Below are positions 49,012 to 59,258 of a stretch of 64,000 bases of DNA, one piece after another. The notes beneath the pieces are model-generated. The model worked only from the letters and a program-made list of their open reading frames with translations. It had not been told where the DNA came from and searched no databases. This DNA is from Planctomycetota bacterium (GTDB lineage Bacteria; Planctomycetota; B15-G4; SIAN01), in assembly GCA_031409275.1 (NCBI GenBank), contig JANNXA010000043.1, positions 1-64,000 of the forward strand, written 5' to 3'. A program made the translations under genes and the position numbers. Position 1 is the stretch's first letter; every line of letters begins with the position of its first letter.

Positions 49012-50882
49012 CGCGGCGCGCCGCGGCGCTCACCTCCGCCAGGAGTCGCGCGAAGTCGATCGGCTTCTCCAGCAACGGAAAAGCGCGCCGCTGGATGAAG
49101 CGAGCCACTTCGGGGGCGACCACGTCGCCGGTGATCGCGATGGCACGCGTGGCGAGCTCCGGCCAGCGCGATTGCACGCGCTCGAGCAGCTCGATGCCGC
49201 TCATGCCGGGCATGCGCAGGTCGGTCACCAGCACGTCGATCGGCTCGGTCGAATCGAGCAGGGCCAACGCCGCGGCGCTGTTCTCGGCCTCGCGAATCAC
49301 GAAGCCGTGGCCGCTGAGATAGCGGCGCAGCAGTTCGCGGACCGGCGCCTCGTCGTCGACGAGGAGCACGCGTGGCGAAGGCGGCTCGACGCGCGGAGCA
49401 TCGCGGGAGGGAGGCTCGATGGCTGCGGTGTGCGCGGGGGTGGCCGCAAGCTGGCCATCGCGGCGGGCGAGATCCGTCGACTCGCCCACCGGCAGTCGCA
49501 CGACGAAGCAGGCGCCGCGACCGCCGTCGATGCGCGTCGAGGTCGTGATCGAGCCGCCGTGCGCCCGCACGATGCGTTGCGAGATCGCCAGGCCCAGCCC
49601 CGCGCTTCGCTGCGCGGACTTCGTGGTGAAGAACGGATCGAAGACGCGCTCGCGCAGCGCGGCTGCAACGCCGGGGCCATCGTCGCTGCAACGAAGGAGC
49701 ACGTGTTGCGGACCGTCGCGGAGCGCCTCGATCTCGATGTGTCCATCCGGTGGCAGCGCTTCGAGCGAGTTGGCGAGGAGGTTGGCGATCACCTGCTCGA
49801 GCCCGGTGGCGTCGGCATGGATCTTCGGCAGGTCGGCAGCGAGTTGCGTCGTCACCGTCACGCGCGTGCGCGCGAGCTGCGGACCGATGTCGCGCTTCAC
49901 CCGTGCCACGACTTGCGCGATCGACACCGGCGCGTAGCTCACGTGGCGCTGGCGCGTGATGTCGAGCAGGCCGCGCACGATGGTGCTGCATCGTTGCGAC
50001 TGCTCGATGATGGTGCGCGCGGGCTGGCGCAGATCGTCGGAGAGGCGAGGATCGAAGTCAGCGGGTTGTTGAGCTCATGTGCGACGCCTGAGACGAGGAC
50101 GCCGAGCGCTTCGAGCTTCTCCGATTCGGCGAGACGGCGGTGCAATGCCGCTCGTTCGGCCCGCGCATCCTCCGCTTCGTGCTCGACCCGCTGGAAGACG
50201 GTGATCAAGAGCGCCACGGCGAGCGCCGTCTGCATCAGCAGGTCGATGAACGAGTTGTAGTGGGCGAGCCCCCAGATGAACGAGGCCAAGAACTCGGACT
50301 GGAACCGGATCGAACCGAAGGAGATGGCGTAGAGCACCCACAGCAGCGCGAGCAGCGCGAACACGATGCTCGCGGCGCGCGAGCCGAAGCTGCGCCACTG
50401 CGCGGGAGCGCGCGCCAGGTAGAGGGCGGCCATCGTGCAGCACACGGCTGCAAATGGAGCCTGCAGCGCCATGGCCGAGTTGAGCTGCGGGGAGAGGAGC
50501 GGGGTCGCGGCCGCGCTGAGGCAGAAGGCGCCGGCGACGAGCGGCGTGGCGCGCGGCAGCGGCTTGCCGACGTAGCGCGCCACGCCGGTCAGCAGCCCAC
50601 CGAAGTAGGCGAGCTTGCTCAACTGGTAGACGACGTCGAACGGCACACGCAGCCACGAAGGACCCCACAACGTGCCGGGCGGCGGCAGTTCGAGCACCTG
50701 GTAGCGCGTGAAGACCGTGACCAGCGCGACACCGAGCGCGCCGAACGCGACGCTCCAATCGCGCAGGTAGCGATGGCTCGAAGCAAGGCGGCGCAGCGCG
50801 ACGAACGTGCCCGCCAACAGCAGCGGGCGACGGTTTGGACCGAGATCCCGATGAACGAGAGCCGAGCGTCTTCGAGGTTCAC
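48953..50882 (-). pseudogene. Membrane hybrid histidine kinase (TM sensor, HisKA, HATPase, REC) broken by two frameshifts
   Basis: MNLEDARLSFIGISVQTVA / LLLAGTF shift near 50825; HELNNPLTSIL / LSDDLRQPARTIIEQSQRC shift near 50045; downstream DDGPG, FFTTK, GLGL and LVDDE...DLRMP...EKP intact. Confidence 0.75.
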
Positions 50883-50970
50883 GCGAGGTGTCGTCCTACG
50901 GCCGGTCGCGGATGCGGGCGATGCTAGCATCGCTCGTTGCGCGCGCCGGGCGTCGCCAAGGAGCAATGAG

Positions 50971-52404
50971 ATGACGCTGTGGCTTTCGTGCCTGCTCGCC
51001 GTGCATGTCGGATCCGCCAGCGAAGGCCAGACGGATCGCTACCGCCCGCTTGGTGTGAATGCGCAGGGGATGGCGCTCTTCGAGCGGCCGCGCGACGGTG
51101 CGCGAGTGGTCTGGATCCCGGCCGGCTCGTTCAAGATGAACGGCTACTTCCCGCGCCCGACCAGCGAGCCCGAGCATGAGTGGGTCTGGGTCGACGGCTA
51201 CGCGATCGACGAGACCGAAGTGACCAATCGTCAGTTCGCGGCGTTCCTGAATGCCACCAAGATCGAGAGCGATGCCGACGGCCATCCCCTGCTGGTCGAA
51301 GTCGAGCATGGGCTCGAGCAGGTCGATGGCCTCTGGCGGCCAAAGCTCGGCTGCGAACAACTGCCCGCGCTCGGCGTCACCGGCTTCGGCGCGATCGCCT
51401 TTGCGCGCTTCGTCGGCGGTGATCTACCGCTGCTGCCGGAATGGCAGAAGGCCGCGGGCGGCTTCGAGGGGCGCATCTTTCCTTGGGGCAGCGAGGAGCC
51501 TGACGCGACGCGCGCGAACTTCCGTCGCTTCGGTCCCGACCTGCCGATGCCAGTGAAGAGCTACCCCGCTGGAGTGAGTCCGTTCGGCTGCTACGACATG
51601 GCGGGCAACGTCTACGAGCGTGTCTACTCGGGTCGGGGTCGCGGCGGCAGCGCCGGGGCGCCCGCGATGATCCGCGGCGGGAGCTGGGCGTCGCCCCATC
51701 CGCTCAATCTGCGCACCTTCGACCTGTGCATGCAACCGCTCGAGGTGGGCGACCGCACGGTCGGCTTCCGTTGCGTGGTACGCAGCGGCGCCGGCTTGCC
51801 GGTGGCGCCAAGCGACCCGCTGCGCATGGCGCGGCACTGGGACGCCGCGCTGCGCGAGGCGCGCGAGCGCAACGTGCCGATCCTTCTTTCGCTGCAGTAC
51901 GACACCTGCGGCCAGTGCGATCGCACGAAGGTCGGTCTCTTCCGTGATCCGGAGTTCATCCGCGGCTGCAATGCCGGCGCGGTGCTGGTGGTGGGCCACG
52001 TCGCGCACGACGGCGCCGACGATCCGCATCCCGAGGACGCGAGCGGACGCTGCACGCTCTACCCGCAGCTCGAATGCATGGAGCACATCGACCTCTTCTA
52101 CGAGGGGATCAAGCGAGTCGACGGCTTCCGCGTGTCGCCCGGCAACTTCCTCCTCGATCCGCGTGCCGACGACGCTTCCCGCAATCGCGACGATTGGGTC
52201 CTGGTCGACGAGGCGATGCTGCCGAAGTCGGGCGTCGGCACCGAGGCGTACCTCGACGCGATCGCGGAGGCGCAGACGATGCTCGGTGCGCCGAAGCTCA
52301 CTCACGAAGAGTGGGTGGCGATCGACGCGGCGCGACCGAAGGCGGAGCCGGAAGACGCTGGCGACGAGGCAGCGGACGATGACGATGACGATCAAGATCG
52401 GTGA
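50971..52404 (+). CDS. FGE-sulfatase (SUMF1-like) domain fused to a thioredoxin-like CxxC domain, with acidic tail
   Basis: IPAGSFKM, ETEVTN.QF, SPFGCYDMAGNV, RGGSW and VGFRC; then WDAALREARERNVPILL...CGQC; AGGAG RBS. Confidence 0.82.
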   Translation: MTLWLSCLLAVHVGSASEGQTDRYRPLGVNAQGMALFERPRDGARVVWIPAGSFKMNGYFPRPTSEPEHEWVWVDGYAIDETEVTNRQFAAFLNATKIESDADGHPLLVEVEHGLEQVDGLWRPKLGCEQLPALGVTGFGAIAFARFVGGDLPLLPEWQKAAGGFEGRIFPWGSEEPDATRANFRRFGPDLPMPVKSYPAGVSPFGCYDMAGNVYERVYSGRGRGGSAGAPAMIRGGSWASPHPLNLRTFDLCMQPLEVGDRTVGFRCVVRSGAGLPVAPSDPLRMARHWDAALREARERNVPILLSLQYDTCGQCDRTKVGLFRDPEFIRGCNAGAVLVVGHVAHDGADDPHPEDASGRCTLYPQLECMEHIDLFYEGIKRVDGFRVSPGNFLLDPRADDASRNRDDWVLVDEAMLPKSGVGTEAYLDAIAEAQTMLGAPKLTHEEWVAIDAARPKAEPEDAGDEAADDDDDDQDR

Positions 52405-52587
52405 TCGACGCGTCGCGCGGGTGGATCGGTACGGCGCCGTCGTCGCGCGAGCTACGACGCGCTCTTCTTCATCGCGCAAGCCCACCGCGCGACGCCGAAC
52501 CGCTGAATCTCGCGTGCCCCGAAACGAGCGCGGCCGGGAGCGGATCGCCCCCGGCCGCCGTCGATCGAATTTCCTGCTCGCCCGTCG

Positions 52588-53577
52588 TCAGCTGCCGACG
52601 AGTTCCGCCATGTGCTTGGCGCGCTTGCCGGCGCGCGTCTCGCCGAACTTCTCGCCGAAGGCGTTCAGCGCCTTCACGACGGCCGCATCGAGGCCGTCCT
52701 TGGCGATGCGCTTCTCGAGCTTCTCGAGCTGCTTGGCCGCTTCGCGCTCGGGAGCCATCTCCTTGGCGGTCAGCTTGCTGCTCAGCTCGGTCAGCTTCGT
52801 CGCCAGTTCGTGGCCCGCGAGCCCCTTCGCCAGCGTCGCCGCCAGCTTGTCCGCCTGCTCGAACTCGGCCGACTCGATCAGCCAATCGAGCCGCGCGAGC
52901 TTCGCCTTCGCGCGCACGGCGAGCTTGCCGGAGAGTTTGTCGGCCGCGTCCTTCTCGACGCCATCGGGGACCGCTTCGAGCGACTTGATGGCCGCCGCGA
53001 AGTTGCCCTTCTCGAAGTCCACCCACGCGGCTCGGCAGAGCGGTCCGAGATCGCTGGGGCCCTTCTTGGCGAGCTTCAACTGCTCCTTCAGCGCTTCCTC
53101 GATGGCCGTGTGCGCCGAGAGCGGGTTGTCATTGATCAGGACTTCACCGTCGTTGCTGAGCACGACGCAGTGCGGGATCCCGCCGGCGCCGGTCTCGAAC
53201 GGCGGCTCGCACGTCCAGATGGCGGCGTCGCTGAACCACTTCTTCTGCAGGACGAACTTCTCCATGTCCTTGGCCGAAGCGCCCTGCGACTCGATGAAGA
53301 GGAACTGCACGTCGTCGCCGTACTCTTCTTGCATCTTGATGGCCAGCGGCACGGCTGACCCGACACAAGGTCCTCAGCGAGTTCCCCAGAACTCCACGAC
53401 GACCGGCCGCCCTTGCAGGTCGGCCAGGCTCTTCACGCCGCGGCCGTTCACCAGTGGCTGTTGCCAAGTGTAGCTCTGTTTGGCGCCGACTTTGGCGACG
53501 CCTTGCGCCACCGCAGTGCTGCCGGCCGTCAGGACGACGGCGGCCGCTGCGAAGCGCAACGTGCTCACGAACGACAT
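52588..53577 (-). CDS. Probable secreted TlpA/thioredoxin-like selenoprotein (UxxC), read through TGA at 53374-53376
   Basis: One frame: signal peptide ...GRPVVVEFWGTR-TGA-GPCVGSAVPLAIK...GIPH; U at codon 68 of 329; SECIS-like hairpin downstream. Confidence 0.85.
53341..53360 (-). promoter_or_regulatory. Putative bacterial SECIS element
   Basis: mRNA GGUCAGC-CGUGCC-GCUGGCC: 7-bp stem (one G-U) beginning 13 nt after UGA; G at loop position 2. Confidence 0.7.
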
Positions 53578-53823
53578 GTCTTCGATCTCCCTCTGGAAAC
53601 AGGCGGAGCGGTGGGTCCACCCCGCCGCGGAACTGTGTGCACGGTTGGGACGCACGCTCGGAACCGAGGGCCCCTGTTTCATGGCCGCGGTCGGAAGTGC
53701 GTGGCGCCGGTTTACCGTTTCGTCTTCGGTACGACTGCAACGGAGATGAGGAGCGTCATTTCCAAGTCATCTGGCGTGCGGATTCGCCGCTTCGGGCGCC
53801 GCGCGTCGCTCGACTGCCGCGAC

Positions 53824-53857
53824 CTCGATCACTTCTTGACGCTCGATCACTTCTTGA
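53824..53857 (-). repeat. Exact 16-nt direct repeat duplicating the vWA gene's last codons and stop
   Basis: ctcgatcacttcttga at 53824-53839 and 53842-53857. Confidence 0.8.
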
Positions 53858-55397
53858 TGAACGTCGCCTGGCCGCTGTTCTGCTTCGCGAGCGCCTTGAT
53901 GAAGTTCTCGACCGTCTGCGCGCCGATGCCGACGGCGTGGATGGTGATGCGGCGCGTCTCGTTCCACTTCTTCACCTCGGCGAGGATCTCCTCGCAGTCG
54001 GTGGTACGGCCGCAGGTGGGGCCGCCATCGGAGAGGAAGAGGATCGTGTCGCCGGTCGTGGCGTAGTACTTGTCCTTGGTCGAGAGCGGGGCCAGTCGGA
54101 ACGCCGTCTCGAGCGCGTCGAAGATGTTGGTCTGGCCCACCGCCGCGAGGCCGTCGAGCCACTCACCGACCTTCTTCTTGTTGTCGGCCGTCGCCATCAC
54201 GTTGCGGTCGTTCCACGGGATCACGACGTCGCTGTAGGCGATGACGTTGAAGCTCGCCTCGGGCGGCAGCCCCTGGATCGACGCCTTCACCTCGCGGCGC
54301 GCGAGGTCGATGCGCGACTTGCCGGGCTCGGGGGTGAGATTCTCGTAGTCGTCGACGGCGGCAAGCATCGAGCCGGAAATGTCGACGACGTAGACCACCT
54401 TCAGCGAGTCGAACTTGATGTGGAAGAAGTCGGCGTACTTGCCGCTCTCCTTGGTGACCTGCGCCGGCTGCGTGACGTCGATGCCGCGCGGCTCGAACGT
54501 CGTGCGCGCCTTCTGCCACCAATCGACCCATGCCGCTGGCGTCTTCCCGAACTTCTGGCCGGTGATCTGCTCGAGCCGCCCGCACAGGTCGGCGAGCGGC
54601 TTGCCCGTTTCCTTCGCCGTCTGATTCACCAGCATCTCGAGCGCCGTGCGATCGCCGATTCGCGCGAGCGCGTCGACCGCGATCGACCGTTCCTGCCATT
54701 CCGGTCCGCGCAGCAGCGGCGCGAGCGCGCCCGGTGGGATGAACTCCGGGCGCTGTTTCAGCAGTGCCGCGGCCACGGCGAGCCGCACCTCGACCACCGG
54801 ATCGTCGAGCAACCCGATCAGGTGCTCGGCCACCTTGCCGTGGTCGATGCGCCCCAGCACTTCGAGCAGCACCAGCCGCAGCCGCTCCGGCTTCTTCGGT
54901 GGCGCCGCCATCAGGTACTCGAGCGTCTCCTCGCGCTTGCACTTCGCGAAGGCGTCGACGTAGCCGCGCACCGCTTTCTCTTCGTAGCCGATGCGTGCGC
55001 CGAGCACCTTCTGGTCGAGCTGCAGTTCCTCGACGCCGGAGTAATTGGGCTTCGCCCCTTTGCCGCCCTTCTCGATCTGCGCCTTCAGGATCTTCTCGAG
55101 CTTGCCGTCGACTTCGTCGCGCTCCGCGGCGAACTCGTCGAGCTTCACGAGGGTCGCGGTGAGGAACTCCATCAGCAGCTTCGCGGTGCCGACGGTGTCG
55201 TAGAAGGCGACGTTCTCGATGGCGGCCAGCCGCTTCTCGATCTCGGCGCCGGGCGCGAGCTCCTTGCGGTAGCGCTTCACGTCGTCGGCGGGCGGCGCCG
55301 ATTGGCAGCGGCCGAGCGGCGGGGCGACGGCCAGCGTCGCCAGCGCGGCAACGACGGCGTGAACCAGGAGGAGCGGTCGCGAGGTGGGGAGGCGCAT
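53847..55397 (-). CDS. Secreted HEAT-repeat + von Willebrand factor A domain protein
   Basis: HEAT repeats; MIDAS VVDISGSM, TNIFDAL and FLSDG. Confidence 0.85.
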   Translation of the reverse strand: MRLPTSRPLLLVHAVVAALATLAVAPPLGRCQSAPPADDVKRYRKELAPGAEIEKRLAAIENVAFYDTVGTAKLLMEFLTATLVKLDEFAAERDEVDGKLEKILKAQIEKGGKGAKPNYSGVEELQLDQKVLGARIGYEEKAVRGYVDAFAKCKREETLEYLMAAPPKKPERLRLVLLEVLGRIDHGKVAEHLIGLLDDPVVEVRLAVAAALLKQRPEFIPPGALAPLLRGPEWQERSIAVDALARIGDRTALEMLVNQTAKETGKPLADLCGRLEQITGQKFGKTPAAWVDWWQKARTTFEPRGIDVTQPAQVTKESGKYADFFHIKFDSLKVVYVVDISGSMLAAVDDYENLTPEPGKSRIDLARREVKASIQGLPPEASFNVIAYSDVVIPWNDRNVMATADNKKKVGEWLDGLAAVGQTNIFDALETAFRLAPLSTKDKYYATTGDTILFLSDGGPTCGRTTDCEEILAEVKKWNETRRITIHAVGIGAQTVENFIKALAKQNSGQATFIKK

Positions 55398-55547
55398 GGC
55401 GGGTGCTCGAGGGGACCTTTGGCCCGCAAGATAGGCGGTGCGCGCGGTCGCTGCAGCAGCGGGCGGCGCCACCGCCGTTGAGCGGCTCGTTGCTGCCAGC
55501 TACAAACGTCGGCCCTTTCCTGTCACGCGAAGCGCGGAGCGCCTGTC

Positions 55548-57545
55548 ATGAGCAGCACCGATTCCCACGGCCACGACGACCACGGTCACGGCGGCGGCCA
55601 CGGTCACGACAGCCACGACGAAGCTCCCGCCGGACCGCCGACCGATTGGGCGAAGGTGCGCAACGTCGGCGCCATCGTGCTGATGCTGCTGGTCGTCGTC
55701 ATCCTCGGCACGCTCGTCTCCTGCACCCACCCCGAGGCCGATGCGCAAGTCGCGGCGCGTCAGCAGGCGGAGTCCGCGCAGAAGGGCTTCTCCATGGCGC
55801 GACTCGCCGAGGCCGACTCCTTCCTCGCGGCCTACCAGAGCGAGTACCAGAAGCTCTACGCCGCGGCCAACGAGGCGGAATGGCTCTCGAACACCCACAT
55901 CGTCGAGGGCGACGATCGCAACGCGAAGAACTCCGACGCCACGAAGTCGGCGCTCGCGGCGTTCACCGGCAGCGAGCGGGTGATCACCCGTTGCCGTGAG
56001 CTGCTGGCCGACGAGTCGCGCCTCGCTCCGGTGCAGGTGCGGCAGCTCAAGGCGATCCTCTACCTCGCGGGCGACAAGCCGGCCATCGCCAAGGAGCTCG
56101 TCGATCAACGCATCGCCGCCGAGACGCGCCAGACCGAGGCGCTGTTCGGCTACACGTTCCACCTCGACGGCAAGGAGGTCACGGTCAACGACCTCGATCG
56201 CGTCCTGCGCGAGGAGAAGGACCTGACCAAGCGGCAGGCGGCGTGGGAGGCCAGCAAGGCGGTCGGCAGCACCCTGAAAGATGGGCTCGCCAACCTGCAG
56301 CGGCTGCGCAACAGCACGGTGCGCGCGCTCGGCTACTCCGACTTCTTCAGCTACCAGGTCTCCGAATACGGGATGACCACCGACGAGATGCTCGCGCTGA
56401 ACGACCTCGCGCTGAAGCAGCTGCGACCGCTCTATCGCGAGCTGCACACCTGGGCGCGGCACGAGCTGGCGAAGCGCTACGGAGTGCCGGTGCCCGACAT
56501 GATCCCGGCGCATTGGCTGCCCAACCGCTGGAGCCAGGACTGGAACGCGCTGGTCGACGTCGAGGGGGTGAACCTCGATGCCGCGCTCGCCGACAAGACG
56601 CCGCAGTGGCAGGTCGAGCAGGCGGAACGCTTCTACGTGAGCCTCGGCTTCGAGAAGCTGCCCGCCATCTTCTGGGAGAAGTCGTCGCTCTACCCGGCGC
56701 CCGAAGGCGCGGGCTGGAAGAAGAACAACCACGCTTCCGCGTGGCACATGGACCTCGACCACGACGTGCGCTCGCTGATGAGCGTCGAGAGCAACTCCGA
56801 GTGGTACGAGACGACGCACCACGAACTCGGCCACATCTACTACTACCTCTCCTACTCCAACCCGAAGGTCCCCTTGATCCTGCGTTCCGGTGCGAACCGC
56901 GCCTACCACGAGGCGGTCGGCACGATGATGGGGCTCGCTGCGATGCAGCCGCGCTTCATGGCGGCGGTCGGCCTCACGCCGGACGGCAAGGCGCCGGTGC
57001 TGAGCGACGAAACCAAGCGCCAGCTCCTGATGCGCGATGCGCTGAACTACCTCGTCTTCATGCCGTGGAGCTCCGGCGTGATGACCCACTTCGAGCAGGA
57101 GCTCTACGGCAAGGAACTGCCCAAGGAGAAGTGGAACCAGCGCTGGTGGGAGCTGGTGGCGAAGTACCAGGGAGTGGTTCCGCCGACGGCGCGCGGCGAG
57201 GAGTTCTGCGACGCTGCCACCAAGACGCACATCAACGACGACGCGGCCCAGTACTACGACTACGGCCTCTCCTTCCTGCTGCTGTTCCAGCTCCACGACC
57301 ACATCGCGCGCAACCTGCTGCACGAGGATCCGCACGACACCAACTACTACGGCCGCAAGGAGGTCGGCGACTTCCTGAAGCGGATCCTGGCACCGGGCGC
57401 GAGCGTCGACTGGCGCCAGCTGATGCGCGACTCGATCGGCGAAGAGCTCTCCGCCGGCGCGATGCTGCGCTACTTCGAGCCGCTGATGGAGTGGTTGAAG
57501 AAGGAAAACTCCGGCCGTACCTGCACGCTGCCTGAACTGAACTGA
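55548..57545 (+). CDS. Peptidase M2 (ACE-like peptidyl-dipeptidase)
   Basis: IPAHWLPNRWSQDW, HASAW, HHELGH (HEXXH), GANRAYHEAVG and DAATKTHI; His-rich N-terminus and TM helix. Confidence 0.92.
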   Translation: MSSTDSHGHDDHGHGGGHGHDSHDEAPAGPPTDWAKVRNVGAIVLMLLVVVILGTLVSCTHPEADAQVAARQQAESAQKGFSMARLAEADSFLAAYQSEYQKLYAAANEAEWLSNTHIVEGDDRNAKNSDATKSALAAFTGSERVITRCRELLADESRLAPVQVRQLKAILYLAGDKPAIAKELVDQRIAAETRQTEALFGYTFHLDGKEVTVNDLDRVLREEKDLTKRQAAWEASKAVGSTLKDGLANLQRLRNSTVRALGYSDFFSYQVSEYGMTTDEMLALNDLALKQLRPLYRELHTWARHELAKRYGVPVPDMIPAHWLPNRWSQDWNALVDVEGVNLDAALADKTPQWQVEQAERFYVSLGFEKLPAIFWEKSSLYPAPEGAGWKKNNHASAWHMDLDHDVRSLMSVESNSEWYETTHHELGHIYYYLSYSNPKVPLILRSGANRAYHEAVGTMMGLAAMQPRFMAAVGLTPDGKAPVLSDETKRQLLMRDALNYLVFMPWSSGVMTHFEQELYGKELPKEKWNQRWWELVAKYQGVVPPTARGEEFCDAATKTHINDDAAQYYDYGLSFLLLFQLHDHIARNLLHEDPHDTNYYGRKEVGDFLKRILAPGASVDWRQLMRDSIGEELSAGAMLRYFEPLMEWLKKENSGRTCTLPELN

Positions 57546-57611
57546 GTGGATCTGAATTGAACGGAGGCCGCCAGTCGCGCCGGGTGCCTGCGCCGGTCGA
57601 TGAGGTCCGCG

Positions 57612-59225
57612 ATGCAGACTGGCGAAACGCTCCTCCTCATCCTGGCCGCGGTGACCGGTTTCGGCGCGTTGGCGCGTCGAATCGGCCTGCCCGAGCCGAT
57701 CGTGCTGGTGCTGGCCGGGCTCGGACTCTCGCTCGTGCCGGGTGTGCCCGAGGTCGACCTCAATCCCGACTGGATCTTCCTGCTGGTCCTCCCGCCGCTG
57801 CTGCATGCGCAGGCGTGGGTCACCTCGTGGAAGGAGTTCCGCTCGCACCTGCGGACGATCAGCTTGATGGCGGTCGGGCTGGTCCTCTTCACGGCGTTGG
57901 TGGTGGCGTGGGTCACCAAGCTCGTGGTGCCCGAGCTGCCGTGGGCCGCTGCCTTCGCGTTCGGCGCGATCGTCTCGCCGCCTGACGCGGTGGCCGCGTC
58001 CGCGATCGCCGGCAAGCTGCGGCTGCCGCGCCGGCTCGTGACGATCCTCGAAGGCGAGAGCCTGGTGAACGACGCGACCGGCCTGGTCGCCTATCGCTTC
58101 GCGTTGGCGGCGATCGCCAGCGGCAGCTTCGCGCTGGAGGAAGCGGCAGCGAACTTCTTCGTCGTCGCGCTCGGCGGCATCGCGATCGGGCTGATCGTCG
58201 GCGTCGCGGTCGCCTGGGTCTTCCGTCGCGTGAAGGACGCTTCGATTGCCATCGCGCTGTCGTTGGTCGCGCCTTACCTCGCCTACCTGATCGCCGAACG
58301 CAGCCATGTCTCGGGCGTCCTCGCGGTGGTGGCCGAAGGCATCGTGCTCGGCACGTTGGCGTCGGAAGTGCTCTCGGCGAGCGCTCGGCTCGAGGGGTTC
58401 AGCTTCTGGCAGATGGTCGTCTTCCTGCTGAACGGGACGGCGTTCCTGCTGATCGGCCTGCAGTTGCCGGCCGTCGCGCAACGCAGCTGCGAGGAGTCGT
58501 GGGCCACGCTGCTGCTCGACGCGATCGTCGTGGTCGGGGCCGCGATCGGCGCGCGCCTCGCCTGGGTGACGGTCAGCGGATTCGTCGCCCGATTGATGGG
58601 CCGCTTCGGTCTCAACCGCCATCGTCCGCTGCCGTGGCGGCAGGTCTTCGTGGTGGGCTGGGCGGGGATGCGCGGCGTCGTCTCGCTGGCGGCGGCGCTG
58701 GCGCTGCCGCGCACCATGGAGGGCGCCGGCGCCTTCCCGTGCCGCGATCTGGTGATCTTCCTCACCTTCTCGGTGATCCTCGGCACGCTGGTGCTGCAAG
58801 GATTGTCGCTGCCGTTCGTCATCCGGCGGCTCGGCGTGGCCGGTGATGGAGTCGAGGAAGCGGAGCGTGAACGCGAGGCGCGCGTCGCCGCGGCGACCTC
58901 GGCCATCGCGCATGTGAAGACGCTGGCGAAGAGCGGTCAGTACCTCGCCACGGCGACGCAGCTCGTGTCGGCCGAGTACACCGATCGCATCCGCCGCCTC
59001 CACCAAGGTCGCGCGTCGCTGATCGGCGAAGCGGGCAGCGAGGTGATGCGAGTGCAGGGCACGGCAGCGCTGCGACGGGCCGGGCTGCATCGCGAGCGCG
59101 AGACGCTGCTCGACCTGCACCGCCGCCACCTGGTCGAGAAGGAGACGCTGCTCAAGCTCGAGCGCGAACTCGACCTCGAGGAGACGCGTCTGCAGGGCGC
59201 CGAGGGCCACGTCACCGGGACGTGA
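57612..59225 (+). CDS. CPA1 family Na+/H+ antiporter
   Basis: LPPLL, SPPDAVA, EGESLVNDA, SGVLAVV and GMRGVVSLAAAL. Confidence 0.9.
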   Translation: MQTGETLLLILAAVTGFGALARRIGLPEPIVLVLAGLGLSLVPGVPEVDLNPDWIFLLVLPPLLHAQAWVTSWKEFRSHLRTISLMAVGLVLFTALVVAWVTKLVVPELPWAAAFAFGAIVSPPDAVAASAIAGKLRLPRRLVTILEGESLVNDATGLVAYRFALAAIASGSFALEEAAANFFVVALGGIAIGLIVGVAVAWVFRRVKDASIAIALSLVAPYLAYLIAERSHVSGVLAVVAEGIVLGTLASEVLSASARLEGFSFWQMVVFLLNGTAFLLIGLQLPAVAQRSCEESWATLLLDAIVVVGAAIGARLAWVTVSGFVARLMGRFGLNRHRPLPWRQVFVVGWAGMRGVVSLAAALALPRTMEGAGAFPCRDLVIFLTFSVILGTLVLQGLSLPFVIRRLGVAGDGVEEAEREREARVAAATSAIAHVKTLAKSGQYLATATQLVSAEYTDRIRRLHQGRASLIGEAGSEVMRVQGTAALRRAGLHRERETLLDLHRRHLVEKETLLKLERELDLEETRLQGAEGHVTGT

Positions 59226-59258
59226 GCGCTTGCCGGGCGACCGCTACGATCCGCGCCG

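Noticed and set aside
50971..52404. SenA/EgtB-type selenoneine or ergothioneine synthase, or true FGE
   Set aside because: No DinB-like domain with the His iron triad, no FGE catalytic Cys pair, and no senB/selD nearby.
53596..53680. GAAACAGG/CCTGTTTC inverted pair in the selenoprotein 5' leader as a riboswitch
   Set aside because: Only 8 bp of pairing and no recognisable riboswitch motif; insufficient without covariation data.
55500..59210. Very long antisense or alternate-frame ORFs (also 1630-3858, 19053-22343, 34123-36770, 25996-27480)
   Set aside because: Shadow ORFs typical of high-GC DNA, lying opposite well-supported genes and rich in Arg/Ala/Pro or antisense-pattern residues.
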